Below, piece by piece: positions 37,920 to 51,045 of a DNA stretch of 64,000 nt. The stretch is from Octopus vulgaris (taxonomy: Eukaryota): positions 94,984,001 through 95,048,000 of the forward strand of contig OX597816.1 in NCBI GenBank assembly GCA_951406725.2, in the 5' to 3' direction. Every line of letters begins with the position of its first letter. Within the stretch, counting starts at the first letter, position 1. The translations under genes were made by a program, and so were the position numbers. Under the pieces are notes generated by a model. It did not search any database. It was not told the origin of the DNA and was given only the letters and a program-made list of their open reading frames with translations.

Positions 37920-40900
37920 AAAATTCCCACAACTACCTTACCACTACTACTCCCAAGTACTCAATCTCAGGGCCACCACCATCAATGATGGCACAATGAA
38001 AGGAAGGAGTGGGGAGATTGTTGAAATGTTAGAGTGACGCTGTGTTGATGTATGTGGTGTGCAAGAAGTTAGATAGAGGGGAGCCTCAGCTAGATCCCTC
38101 ACGGACAAGAAACAGAGATTCGAATTCTTCTGAGTTGGCAGGAATGATGGAGTGGGTAGAGTAGGCATACTGTCAGCAGAAAAGCGATAGATAAGGTAAT
38201 TGAAATAGTTAGAGTATGTGACAGGATAATTAAGATGAAACTTATCATAGGTAAATTAACAGTTACATTTATCTCTGCTTATGCCCCTCAGTCTGGTCTG
38301 TCTGATGAGCAGAAGGACTGAAGCTATGAGATCCTTTTGCAGACCACTTCAACAACAAATGACAGAGACTTTATTATTGTGGCTGATGACTTCAATAGTC
38401 ATGTTGGACAGCACTACATTGATTCCAGGGAGTGCATGGAAGCTATGGTTTTGGACCTAGAAATGAGGAGGGGACAAGACTGATGGAGTTCTGTGATGCA
38501 AATGAACTTATGATCTGCAACATAAACTTCAGAAAACTAGCCAGCCACCTAATTACTTATCAGTTTGGTGAGCACATAAGCCAGACTGACTACCTCCTCA
38601 CCAGGCAATAAGATAGATGAATGCTTAAAAATGCAAAGTCTTTCCCAGGTGAAGAATGTACAACTCAACATAGGTTACTAGTTAGTGACTTCAGAATTAA
38701 AGCTAGAAAGACCCGAAGAAATAAACCAATCTGGAAAAGAAGACTATAGAAGCTCAAAGGCCCAGCAAACAGACAAAAATTTAGAGATTTGCTAATGGAA
38801 GCTTCTGACAAAAGAGAGGAAATGTTGGGGACATATAGCTTAGAGGACAACTGGAAGTTCTTGAGTGACAATCTACTGAGAGCTACGGATGAAATCTGTG
38901 GTTGGTTCAGAGTCCCAGCTAGACCACAGGTGACATGGTGGTGGAGCAAAAAGGTTGACAGTGTTATAAAAGTGAAGAGACAGGCCTGGAAAGAATGGAA
39001 AAATGGTGGAAGCAGAGAATTATACCAGATAGCCAAAAGGACGGCTAGACATCAGGTATACATAGCAAAAGGAGTAGTTGAAGGTAAGAGATTTGCAAAT
39101 GTCCTACAACATGAGGATCAGAGGCATGAGGTGTTCAGGATTGTAAAGCAGTGTATCAGAGAAAATAGAGATGTGGTAGGTGAGAAATGTGTGCAAATGG
39201 ATAATGGTATGATTGCACTTAGTAACTCAGAGAAGAAAGATGCATGGAAGTGCCACTATGAAAGGTTACTAAATGTGGAAAATGGATGGATGAAGGAGAG
39301 TTTACCAAATATTGAACCAATTGAGGGACCAGTCATCAGAGTGGATAGCAGCATAATAGGTAAAGCAATTAAGGATATGAAAACAGGGAAAGCCCCTGGA
39401 CCATCAAGAATCACTGCTGCGATGATCAAAATGACCTGTGGTGTAGGATACAGCTTAGTCACCGATATAGTTAATCAGGTTATTCAGGAAGGCTCCATCC
39501 CCAACGACTGGTGTAGTAGCATTATAGTTAGCTGCTATAAGGGTAAAGGTGATGCCTTAGATAGAAACAACTACGGAGGTATTAAGCTGCTAGACCAAGT
39601 CATGAAAATTACTGAGAGGGTTGATTAAAAATAGAATTAAAGCTAGATGAGATGCAGTTTGGTTTTGTACCTGGGAAGAGTACCATAGATGCCATCTTCC
39701 TAGTGAGGCAGCTGCAGGAAAAGTACTTGGCCAAAAGTAAGCCATTGTACTTAGCCTTCATTGACTTGGAGAAAGCTGTTGACAGAGTTCCCCGCTCTGT
39801 TATATAGTGGTCTCCAAGGAAGTTAGGAGTAGAGGAGTAGCTTGTTAGAGCTGTCCAAGCCATGTACAGTGGTGTTCTCAGTAAGGCAAGAGTCAGCTAT
39901 GAATGCAGTGATGAATTTAGCATTCAGATAGGGGTTCACCAGGGCTCAGTTCTCAGCCTACTCATATTCATTATAGTCCTCCAGGCCATAACAGAGGAAT
40001 TCAGAACTGGGTGCCCATGAGGACTACTATATGTTGATGATGTTGCTCTTATTGCAGAATCTTTAGCAGAATTAGAGAAGGAATTCCAGGTATGGGAACA
40101 AAACCTGGAATCAAAGGGCCTTAAAGTTAACCTAGCTAAGACAAAAGTGGTTGTTAGTAAGAAGATAAAACTTTCTTTCTGTTTGGTAAATGTCCCTGCT
40201 CCATATGTAAGAAAGGAGTTGGAAGAAATTCCATTCGCTGCACCCAGTGTAAACTACAGACACATAAAAGATGCAGTGGTATCACAGGTATATTTACAGG
40301 TTGAGGAGGTTTTTTTATGTGGCAGACGTGCAGGAACAATAATCACTAAGAGCACACAGGAATTAGATTCTCTTAAATGCCCAGGAGGCTCTCTTGAGGT
40401 TGTAGGTAGTTTCTGTTACCTAGGTAACCAAATTAGCAATGGTGGAGGATGCTATGAAAGTATTGTTTCTAGAATAGGAACTGGGTGGAGGAAGTTCAGA
40501 GAGCTATTACCTTTGTTGGCAACAAAAAGGTTTCTCTCTCATAATGAAAGGTAGACTATATGATACTTTTGTATGAATGACTACACTTCATGGTAGTGAG
40601 ACATGGGCTCTGAATTCTGAAGACATGCATAGACTGGAGAGAAACGAAGATAGTATGCACCACTGGATGTGCAACATCAGTGCACATGTACAACAAAGTG
40701 AAAATGCTTTGAGAAAAAAGTTGGGCATAAGAGGAATCAAATGTAGCATGCAAGAGAGAAGACTATATTGGTTTGGACATGTGATGCATATGAATGAGGA
40801 CAGCTGCATAAAGAAATGCCTATCTCTGAAAGTGGATGGTACCTGTGGAAGATGGGGAGACCCAGGAAGACATGGGATGAAGTGGTAAGGACTGATCTCA

Positions 40901-41000
40901 GGAAGTTGGACCTCATGGAGGAAATGACCATGGACTAAGATGTCTGATGATATGAAGTTCTTGAGAAGACCCACCCACATCAGTGAAACCGAGTTCTAGA
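37920..41000 (+). mobile_element. Near-full-length RTE-clade LINE (APE endonuclease + RT), inactivated by stops and frameshifts
   Basis: APE start LRATTINDGTMKGRSGEIVEMLE*RCVDVCGVQEVR; ORF 38789-39628 with KAPGPS..YKGKGDALDRNNYGGIKLL; MQFGFVPGKSTIDAIF, FIDLEKA, HQGSVLS, LLYVDDV at ~40024; Cys-rich insert CSICKKGVGRNSIRCTQC; C-terminal RLYWFGHVMHM. Probable 3' UTR continues to ~41630. Confidence 0.95.
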
Positions 41001-41636
41001 AGTGCTGTGTAGAAAACCTCTCACACACTCTACCACAATGAACCAAACTACATCTCTTCCTTACATTTCCACTTCATGTACTATGATTACCTCCCACTCT
41101 CCAATCTTGTCCTCTTGGCTCAGTGCCACTGTATTATTGCTCTCTGTTTGCCCCCAACCTGTGCGTTCTACCTACATGCCTTGTCTTACTCTGTTATTGC
41201 CATCTGTTAGCCCCTGACCTGGGTGTTCCACTCACATGTAACAAGAAAACCTTTCCCTTACCCTACCCAACAAACCAATTTGCATCTCTTCTCTTTCTTG
41301 CATTTCCCCCTTCCTTCACTATGCCTAGTTCTCACTCCCCAATCTTGTCCCCACACTCCTCTTCCTCTGTATCATTGTATCATTGCTATCCAGTAGTCTC
41401 TCCAACTCTATATATACCCAGATCTTTTGCCACTTACTCACACTCCTTTTGCAATATCATGTCACTTATACTATGGCATTTGAACCTCAAGAGTATGCCC
41501 TGGCACTTGCCACTATCTATATCTCTTTCTTCCTTTACTCAACCATCTCATTTCTACTCTGATCCCTGTTCCTTGTGAGCATGCCTGGTATTTTGTGACC
41601 ATCTTCATCCTGTGGTCTCCCACTCTCTCTCTCTAT

Positions 41637-41745
41637 GCTTATAAAGAATAAGTCCTGAGGTCCATGTCTTCAACTAAAACCTTTAAGGCAGTGCTCCAGC
41701 ATGGCTACAGTCAAATGACTGAAACAAGTAAAAGAATAAAAGAAT
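41637..41745 (+). mobile_element. SINE family B, 3' tail
   Basis: AAAGAATAAGTCCTGAGG..GCTCCAGCATGGCTACAGTCAAATGACTGAAACAAGTAAAAGA. Confidence 0.8.
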
Positions 41746-42541
41746 ATCCTTAGAAAAGGTTTACAATCATTCAAGCTTTCTTACTGAATACTAAATCATA
41801 GGTAGGCTAAACATAACATAACCCTGAAAATCTCTAGGTTTTTTTTAGTGATATAGTATAGAAGCTTATAATTCCATACTATCATCAGTATTTCCTATCA
41901 CAAGAAGCATCAAATAATTTTTGGAATCTTTAAAGCTTAGAACTAATCGTTTTTGTTATAAATATGTCTTAGTAGTCATATGCTTGCAGAAAGCTCTCTC
42001 ATCAACAACTATACACTTGCTCTGAAAACCTCTTTCACAAATCACTTTCTTCAGCTCATCAATATAATTGACAGCAGCTTCTATATCAGCACTGTAGCTT
42101 CATCTGTTATTCAAGCCTTTAAAACCAACCTTTACAAGTTAGAAAAGATTTTGTATCAGAAGTTGCATCTTCTGCATTCTACAACATTTAGCTTTTAAAT
42201 GACTATTGTCTTTATCAGCTCATTAAATCCAATTTGATTGTTGATTCACATATGCATGAATCATCACATCAATGAAAAATAAATGAGCAGCTGAGTAGAG
42301 CCTGGACTCTTGACCTAATTTTGTCTTTATTATCATGTAGTGTTATTTGCTGTTGATGTTGCAAGCTTTGATACGTTTGGAGTATAGGTGAGTTAATCTA
42401 CTGCATCAGATCATTGTAGAATATCAAATTTAACATCGAACACAATCCATCTTCATTTTGGATTAAAATGATGTTCTATGTGATAGGCTCCATAACTGTT
42501 TAGAGCTTCCTTAGCATAAAACCAATGGTAGCTTTAATCCA

Positions 42542-42572
<31 letters not shown>

Positions 42573-42619
42573 ATATATATACATATATATAGGAGACCAA
42601 AGTGTACGTACGCCACTAT

Positions 42620-43015
42620 GTGTAGTAAGTAGCTTGTTTACCAACCACATGGTTCCGGGTTCAGTCCCACTGTGTGGCACCTTGGGCAAGTGTCTTCTTC
42701 TATATCCTCGGGCCGACCAAAGCCTTGTGAGTGGATTTGGTAGACAGAAACTGGAAGAAGCCCGTCGTATATATGTATATATATATATATGTATGTGTGC
42801 ATGTATGTTTGTGTGTCTGTGTTTGTCCCATCCAACATCGCTTGACAACCGATGCTGGTGTGTTTATGACCCCATCACTTAGCGGTTCAGCAAAAGAGAC
42901 CGATAGAATAAGTACTGGGCTTACAAGAATAAGTCCCAGGGTTGAGTTGCTCGATTAAAGGCAGTGCTCCAGCATGGCTGCAGTCAAATGACTGAAACAA
43001 GTAAAAGAGTAAAAG
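42620..43015 (+). mobile_element. SINE family B, near full length, CpG-retaining
   Basis: AACCACATGGTTCCGGGTTCAGTCCCACTG (B-box-like)...CGGGCCGACCAAAGCC...ATGACTGAAACAAGTAAAAGAG. Confidence 0.92.
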
Positions 43016-43498
43016 AAAATATGTAATACAAAATGGGACAAGAATGCAAAAGATCTGGACAGCTAAGTGATACAAAAAGGGGACAACAAAACCTCCAGAT
43101 AGATGATACAAAGACAACAAGGACGAGTCATTCGAAGTTTTCTTTCCTCAGTCAAGCACCAGATTATCCTCGCAATTTTGGCTGATTATTCTCGAGATTG
43201 CTCCAATCTGGCCTACCCCAAGGAAAAATTAAGCTAAGAGCATTAGATTCCTTGGAAGAAAACAGCGAATGTATACAAAAACAAGGATGGAAAAAACACG
43301 CAATCTTACACAAATATAAATACAAAAAAATAAATACAATAAGAATAATAATAGGACATAATAACAGGTGTCTTTCAACTAAGGACAATTTGAATTAAGC
43401 TGGCACATGTGGAAATGAAGCCTTACAGCAGAGATACAAAAGTTTCACAAACACAGGGAAGAATATCGATGTTGCATGGACAATGGTCAGACCAAAGA

Positions 43499-43700
43499 GC
43501 AAGCATTACATCAATTTGAAATATATCGACTTCTTCTGATGCATAAGACCATATAGGTTTTCAACATACACGATACTCCATTGTAATTTTTAAGTAAATA
43601 TTTCATCAGAACTAGAGAATAAAAGAATTAAATGTAATTCTTTTATATGGTGTTATGTATCTGAAGAAGGTGGTGTATTTCAAATTAATGTAATGCTTGC
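43499..43700. repeat. Inverted repeat (57-bp arms) overlapping a hammerhead-like motif
   Basis: GCAAGCATTACATCAATTTGAAATA..CTTCTTCTGATGCATAAGACCATATA pairs with TATATGGTGTTATGTATCTGAAGAAG..TATTTCAAATTAATGTAATGCTTGC. Confidence 0.85.
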
Positions 43701-43742
43701 ACTGTTCGATTAAATGGAGCCACCGGAAACGACCATAATGCA
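43656..43742 (+). ncRNA. Degenerate type I hammerhead motif with long stem II loop
   Basis: UGUAU-CUGAAGA-AGGUGG(~45-nt loop)CCACCG-GAA-ACGACCAU-A-AUGCA; stem I UGUAU/AUGCA, stem II GGUGG/CCACC. Confidence 0.55.
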
Positions 43743-44268
43743 CTAATACCTTGACATTCTTGTTACTTATTTGATTTTTATTGCATTATTTTGAGCTGTG
43801 CATATAATACAGGACTGACTTGGTACCACAGCTTAGAGTACCAAATTCAAATGAATCTTAATTAATTCTTATATACATATATATATATGTATATGTATGT
43901 ATATATATATATGTATATAGATAAAACTTATTTGGAAATGGATGTGTGGCATTCAATCATATGATAATATAAATAATATGCATATATACATGCATGTATG
44001 CATACATATAAGTACATACTTACATATATATGTATATGTTGTTTGTCTTGTTTGCCATTTGTGTCTTTCGTTGTTTGAAAAAATAATTCATATCCCATGT
44101 ACTTGTACTTTGTATCTTTTGCTGCACACATTTCGTGATGGCCTGTGCCTACATATGCATATATATATATACATACATACATACATACATATAGATGTAT
44201 GTACATACACGTATGTATATATGCATATATATATATATTATTTATATTATATATACATATATATATAT

Positions 44269-44575
44269 TTGGCATTAGGAAGGGCATCCAGCTGTAGAAA
44301 TTCTGCCAGATCAAGATTGGAGCCTGGTGCAGCCATCTGCTTCGCCAGTCCTCAGTCAAATCGCCTAGCATGGAAAACGGACATTTAAACAATGATGATG
44401 ATGATGATATATATACATATATACACAATATGATTCTTTCAGTTTTCATCTACCAAATCTACTCACAAGGATTTGGTTGGCCCTGTGCTATAGCAGAACT
44501 CACTCACCAAGGGCACCATACAGTGGGACTGAACCTAGAACCTACAATGTGGTTAGGAAGCAAAGTTCTTTCCAC
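44269..44575. mobile_element. Family C tail (+, 44269-44408) followed by SINE B 5' part (-, 44435-44575)
   Basis: Matches to 36203-36390 and to the reverse complement of 42620-42765. Confidence 0.8.
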
Positions 44576-45555
44576 CTATAGATAAGAAAATACTAAATCT
44601 CACAGGAATGACACGGTAGTATGAGGACCATTGAAGATATGCTATATTGCAAACCTGTCCAACTCATGCCTTTGTAGAAATAGAGATGCTGAGACAATGA
44701 TGATGATATTGATATGTACTTTGATCTGCAAGTTATTGAAGGCACTAAATCAAGATAGCAGAGCCATTTCTAGACTATAATTTCCGTAACTACACTGCTT
44801 CTGTTATTGGTCAGATTTAAATTGTGAAATTTAATCTGATAACCATATTTCTTGCTGTAACATAAAACTAATAACTGTATTGTTTATCAAGCCTAAAGAT
44901 AAGTTGGTTGCTGGTGGCTAGGCAGTGATAAAGGTAGTATGGTTAGTGCTAATGAATTATTGGAGCAGTAGAATTATTATGGTTGTGATGATGATGATTG
45001 TTGTGGTGGTGAAGATGGTGGAGTAAATTAGAGTAGTAACATGGTGGGAGTGGTAGCAGTTGTTATTGTTGTTATTTAAATAAAGGTCAATCTCTAATTG
45101 GGCAGATATGTAATAAAAGGCTTTCTAACTGTGGCCATCCCATCTTTTTGTGCATATTGGAAATTACATTATCTTATGTAGCCATTTTGTTTTATTTAAG
45201 AGTGTAAAGGATGGTCAATTTTGAACCTCCTAGATCAGTGGACAAAGGTTTTACATTTAGAAAAAGTGTTATAGATTTTTGATTAGCAGTGATTTATGTT
45301 AATTAGAAAAAAAAAAAAATGAAAAAGGAAATGACCTAAGGGAAATAACTCAAGCAAACCAGTGGCAAGAATTCAGATAAATCAGGTATGGAGAATGATG
45401 TGAATGATGTACACAAAAAAGCCTCAATTTAAATTTTCCTCTATGACATATCCTTTTGTGTGGGACACAACCAACATCACTGCTGCCAAAGTAAGAAGTG
45501 TCAGTGGGAAGAAATGGGAACAAACTCACACACACACACAAGCACGTGTGCACAT

Positions 45556-45557
<2 letters not shown>

Positions 45558-45634
<77 letters not shown>

Positions 45635-45645
45635 CACACACACAC
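45558..45645. repeat. (CA)n microsatellite
   Basis: Direct reading. Confidence 0.95.
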
Positions 45646-46519
45646 ATGTGCACGCACGCATACACACATGTATAGCTATATGCTATATTCCAGTATTTCA
45701 TTTTTGCAGATTAAATAAGACTGGCCTCCACTGTTGTGCTTGAACATATATGTTTCTAATCTGACTGGAGTTTAGTTTTGTGGTCAATGTACTTTAAGAC
45801 GACTTTTATACAGACTGACCAATCAGAAGGTAATAAAATTGAGGTTAATGGGAAAAGTCATTAGATTAATGCATTTTGTTGCAAGAAAGCAGCAGGTTAA
45901 CATCCACATCAATAATAATATCAATTACAGAATTTTAATAGCAGAAAAACAATACCAGCAGCTGCTTCACTACAATAATTAAAGCAACAATCTCTCCTTT
46001 CACATCTTGGCACAAAGTGTTATCTTCAACAGACCCACTACAGCCAATCCTCCCTATCTCTTCTGCTACTACTATCACTTCCATCATATTTTCTTTCTCA
46101 AATAATATATATACATCTATATTGTATTAGAAGCAGCTCAATAATTTAATAATGTAAACATTATCAATATTACATTTAACATATGTTGTTGAATGCTAGT
46201 AGCCGCAGGATTTCATCTTTAGAGCCATATGGTGTTAAAAGACACAGTATCCATCAAAGCTAGGAGAAACAAAATTGCCACAGAAGTGAAAAATGACAGA
46301 TATCATTATTTTGAAGTCTTTGATGATCATCGGTGCTGTATACTTGCACCAGTTCCAAAGCAAAATTGAAATTGCCAACTAGAAATATATACAAATAGTG
46401 TAAACTCTGTTGAAGGCTGGAACAATGCGAGAAGGTACAAAGTAAACTACAAAAGGAACACAAAACAAAACAAAGTTGCAGTTTTACTTTGTATTCATAT
46501 TTATTTAATTGTATTTATA

Positions 46520-46669
46520 GGCACAGGAGTGGTTCTTGGGTAAGTAGCTTGCTTACCAACCACAGGGTTCTGGGTTCATTCCCACTGCATGGCACCTTGG
46601 GCAAGTGTCTTCTACTATAGCCTCAGGCTATAGTAGTGGGTTTGGTTGACGGAAACTGAAAGAAGCCCG

Positions 46670-46720
<51 letters not shown>

Positions 46721-46948
46721 TATATGTATGTGTGTGTGTGTATATGTTTGTCCCCCCAACATCGTTTGACAACCGATGGTGATGTGTTTATATCTCCATA
46801 ACCTAGCGGTTTGGCAAAAGAGACTGATATAATAAGTACTAGGCTTCCAAAGAATAAGTCCTGGGGTCGATTTGCTCGACTAAAGGTGGTGCCCTAGCAT
46901 GGCCACAGTCAAATGACTGAAACAAGTAAAAAGAGAAAGAGAAAGAGA
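46520..46948 (+). mobile_element. SINE family B, full length, with expanded internal (TA)n
   Basis: GGCACAGGAGTGG..GGTAAGTAGCTTGCTTACCAACCAC head to ATGACTGAAACAAGTAAAAGAG tail. Confidence 0.92.
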
Positions 46949-47201
46949 TATATTTCAGGATGATGGACATTTGGAAAAGGATTTTTCCATATATATCATA
47001 TGCATGTATGTAAAAATTTGGCTGTGAAGTTACATAAGTAACTCAAGGTCCAAGAGTTTCATACATTGTTTTATCATGTTAACTTGAAATCTGTGAATTT
47101 TTTCTGGAATCTTTGAGCAAAAGTTATTTTTGGAGAGTCATGTGACATTCAGTAAATTTCAAAATCCATGCACACACATACACATGCATGCATGCACGCG
47201 T

Positions 47202-47246
<45 letters not shown>

Positions 47247-50074
47247 CACAAGTATATATTCATACACATACAGGTTTATACACAAACATGTGTATGTGGG
47301 CAAGAGTGCATATGTGTTTGTCTTCTCCTTGTTTTGATGTTGTTCACAGTAAAAACAAGATTCCAGTTTATATAAACAATGTCAGGGTTTACAATGTCTA
47401 CCACAAAATTGTGTCCAGCTACTGAGTAGTTGGCATGAAGAAGAGTATCTGGTCATAGAAAATCTGCCTTAGTAACAAAGAAAAGGTAGACGTTAAAACT
47501 GATGATGATGATGATGATGATGACGATGACAATGATGAATGAAGAGCATTATGAAATGCCTCCAATACATAGAATGAGGAGTTTATAAAATTTGATGTTT
47601 AGCTCTGGTTTTATTATGTTGAAAGGGTGAGAAATAAATCTTTTGGATACAATGTCAGTTTATCAGAAGTTACATTCCAGTAACATTCCCAGATTTTTCT
47701 CATACCATTTTTTTAATATGAAAGATAGATGAATTGAGGCAATGAGCAATGAAATGTGTCTTGTAGATTTGAACTCATAACATGTGAGCTAACAACCTTT
47801 TCATTCGGTTATCCTGTTTCTCCTATGCTCCTATAGAGCAAGAGCACGTTTTGCTTTATGATTTATTTGCTAACAAATTCATCTATTTTGTGGCCAGCAT
47901 GCATAATATTCATATAGTATTCTTTGTGTTATCTGTTTGATATCACTGGTCTGTCTTATTCAATATGTTAATTTTGTTTCTGTATTCTTATATATTTTGG
48001 CTGACTAACTTCTTTGAGAATCTATTATTAACTAATATCTTTTTTCATTATAAGTCAGTATGCAATGCAGCTTTATATAAAAAAATGCTCCAAGTATGGA
48101 TTTTGTAATTGAGAAATCATATATATGTAAGAATTCACTTGAATAAATTTTTGGTGTGTTTTGCTTCCTAATAAATATTTTTGAATATATTTATTGTATA
48201 ATATAGTTGTAATATATTTTGTTGTGTAATGTCTGTAATATATTTATTATTTCTCATTTTTACATTAATAGTGGTAAATATATTCAAAACAAGAATAATC
48301 AATAAAAGCCTGTTGCAAAGAAAATCCTTCAACAATGGATAGCTATGTACATTTTTCAGAGAAAATTGTATTTGACAAAAAAGTTTATTTTGAAAATGAA
48401 GGGGAGGACACTAGAAGCACTGGCTAAAATTACATATTTACTTTTATTATTTCAGCTTTTCTCTTATCTTTCATAAAAATTAACAGGGTTTCTTTGAATT
48501 AACTCCACTCAGACTAACATGAAAATATGGCTATGAAACAGGAAAGAGACATGATCAAAAACATTAAGAAGGAGAAAAGAAATTAAAGGTATCTGATCAA
48601 CCTTGATTTTTGTTTTAAGATTTTAAATAACCCATAGAGGGAGATTGTACCTTCTAACTGCATAAAAAATCTCAGTTAATTAAAGCCTTTCAACTTAGTA
48701 GGTTTTATTTGTGAGACTTTACTGTACTTGCACAATGTTCTCCAAGGTACTTTTTCTCAACCATATTGTTAATATTCGAAATCAGTGTCACTACTTGTTT
48801 GTTACAGTTTGGGTAGGCACCTAATGGAATTGGCAGCAGAATGGGAGCATTTCCAGTAGTGTGAGCTGGGAGTTAGTATATGAACAATTTCAGTTGAATA
48901 TTGCTGACTCACAACTCTGCTGAATGCAGAGTTTAAGGTGTTTGTAATAAAGAAGTTGGAACATTTTGTTGGTTGTGCACAGAGCTGTGCTATTCAAAGC
49001 AGATCTTTCTATAACAACCTCTACCAGAATATTGTTGAGAGATTAGGAAATAAACCTAGCTTTAGTGGGTCTCTAATCAGTTTGCCAAATCTGAAGATTT
49101 CAGTAGAGTTTAACCACTGTTACCAGGTTGCTGTCCTAGGTGCAGCCAGCTTTAATCTTATTTCAGAGCTTGAATCACTTGAGGTGTAGACTGGCTTCTG
49201 TTTGGTTGTCAGACTAAATGACCATCTATTAGAACTGTTTCAAACCACACAATCAGTCTGTCAAGGATGACACATCTCTTTGCTCCTGTACACTTTAGTT
49301 TTTAAGTCATAACTGGAGATTGAAGCAAGTTTCTGTTGTATCGCCTGCTACACCTCCATATTGCTGGGATGTGTGCAGCATTGTGTATTCTTTTCTGTTG
49401 TTGGGAATGTGTAAACTCTTCCTTGTACTATACTGTGTTAGTTTTCTTTCTCTTGAGGTGTGGTGCAGTCTTTTGTTATGTTACTGCTTGTATTGTGTGT
49501 TGAGCATGTAATGCATTAGTTATCTAGCTTGCTGGTGGAAGTTTTTATTTTACTGCATAATTGTTATATAGGATGTGTCTTGTAGTTGTAGGTCATTTTG
49601 TTTAGTTTGTATTGTTGGATTGATAGTGTCTTGTGTAAGATGTGTGCTGTTCCTATCAGGGCTATTATTATTATTTTTACTGAGAGAGCAGAGCATGCCA
49701 GCAAAGAGACGCTGGGGTAAAATATACGAAACCCTGTATACCCATCATGACTACCCATCTGATAAGGGTACATCAGAACCATATGTGCATATGTGCATGA
49801 CATGATGATCTCATATCAAGATTAACAGAGCATAACCTTGTTGATGGGGCCCAGTTAGAATTTTCTTTATTTTGAGTAGCCCATCCTGCTCAAAAGTATT
49901 TATATAAAACTTCATTTAAAAACCCTATAAGGGAAAAACATTGGAACTTGTGAATTTTCTAAAGACCTCTCCCTACCCCCTGTTGCTTTCCAAGCATTTT
50001 TGTTTTCATATTCATTTCCTACACCTTTTTTTACACCCTCTGCACTATTTTCTTTTTTCAATTTTATTTCCAGG

Positions 50075-50690
50075 TAATAATATCAACAATAACCAATAAT
50101 GTTCCTGGCTCCTAAAAGGCAAACCTTCTGTAGAATCTCTACAAGACACTTCATTCCTATCTCCTTTATACATTTGTCTATTTCACCACTCACAATCCCT
50201 AATGCACTGATTATTACATGTACAGTCTTTACAGATTTTTATGTTCCAGATCCTTGCAATCTCATATTTTAAGAGGGTTTTGCAACTTTTCATCTGCTTT
50301 CTTTGCAATCCTGGAATCAAATGGACATGATGAATCAATCAGTAATCAAATTTTTGATTTTCCTTGTCTATTGTTTTAACATTTGGCTAGTTATAGTCTC
50401 TCTTCTTATCCATTTGAATGAGAAAATCTCACAAAATCTTGCATGCTTCTGACTCAAGTACTGTTCTGCCTGATGATTGTACTATGTGCTTCCTGCTTCA
50501 AATCCTCATTTTTAACAAAGCTTCCAATGTAAAACTTTCACAACTTGATCATGTCTCCATTTTTTTAATATTCTCAATGGAATAGCTTGATGAATTCTGT
50601 GACAATGTGTACCTTTGTTTCATTCAAATTTCACATATTCTACATTTTGCTGATGCCTTCTTCCCACATACATTTTCTCAGAAGATGTTT
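50075..50690 (-). mobile_element. R4/Dong-like (restriction-like endonuclease) non-LTR retrotransposon 3' fragment
   Basis: Minus strand pieces KCRICEF, WRHDQVVKVLHWKLC and VIISALGIV match the Zn knuckle + RHD + RLE C-terminus of R4/Dong/NeSL-type elements. Confidence 0.7.
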
Positions 50691-50747
50691 ATTTGGGTGC
50701 TTGATCTTGAGCTGATGTAATAAGGCTCTATGTTTCTTTTTTGCAAT

Positions 50748-50748
50748 G

Positions 50749-50795
<47 letters not shown>

Positions 50796-51045
50796 GGTGG
50801 TGGCAGTGGTCGTAGTAGCGGTGGTGGTTGTGGTGGTGATGGTGGTAGCAGCAGTGGTGGTAGCAGCGGTAGTGGTGATGGTGGTAGTAGTAGTAGTAGT
50901 AGTCGTAGCTGCATTATTTCAGAGCACAGCATGATGTCATTGTTATTAAAGAAAAGTGTAATATAATTTGCTTTCACTGTAATGTTTGTTTTAGATGTTG
51001 CAGAAAAAAAGCAGTAGCAGCAGCAGCAGCAGCAGCAGCAAGCAG
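50748..51045. repeat. (TAG)/(TGG)/(CAG) trinucleotide microsatellites
   Basis: Direct reading; source of the poly-S/G/V/P ORFs. Confidence 0.9.

Noticed and set aside
48590-49570. Possible decayed retroelement coding sequence
   Set aside because: No diagnostic motif could be read in any frame
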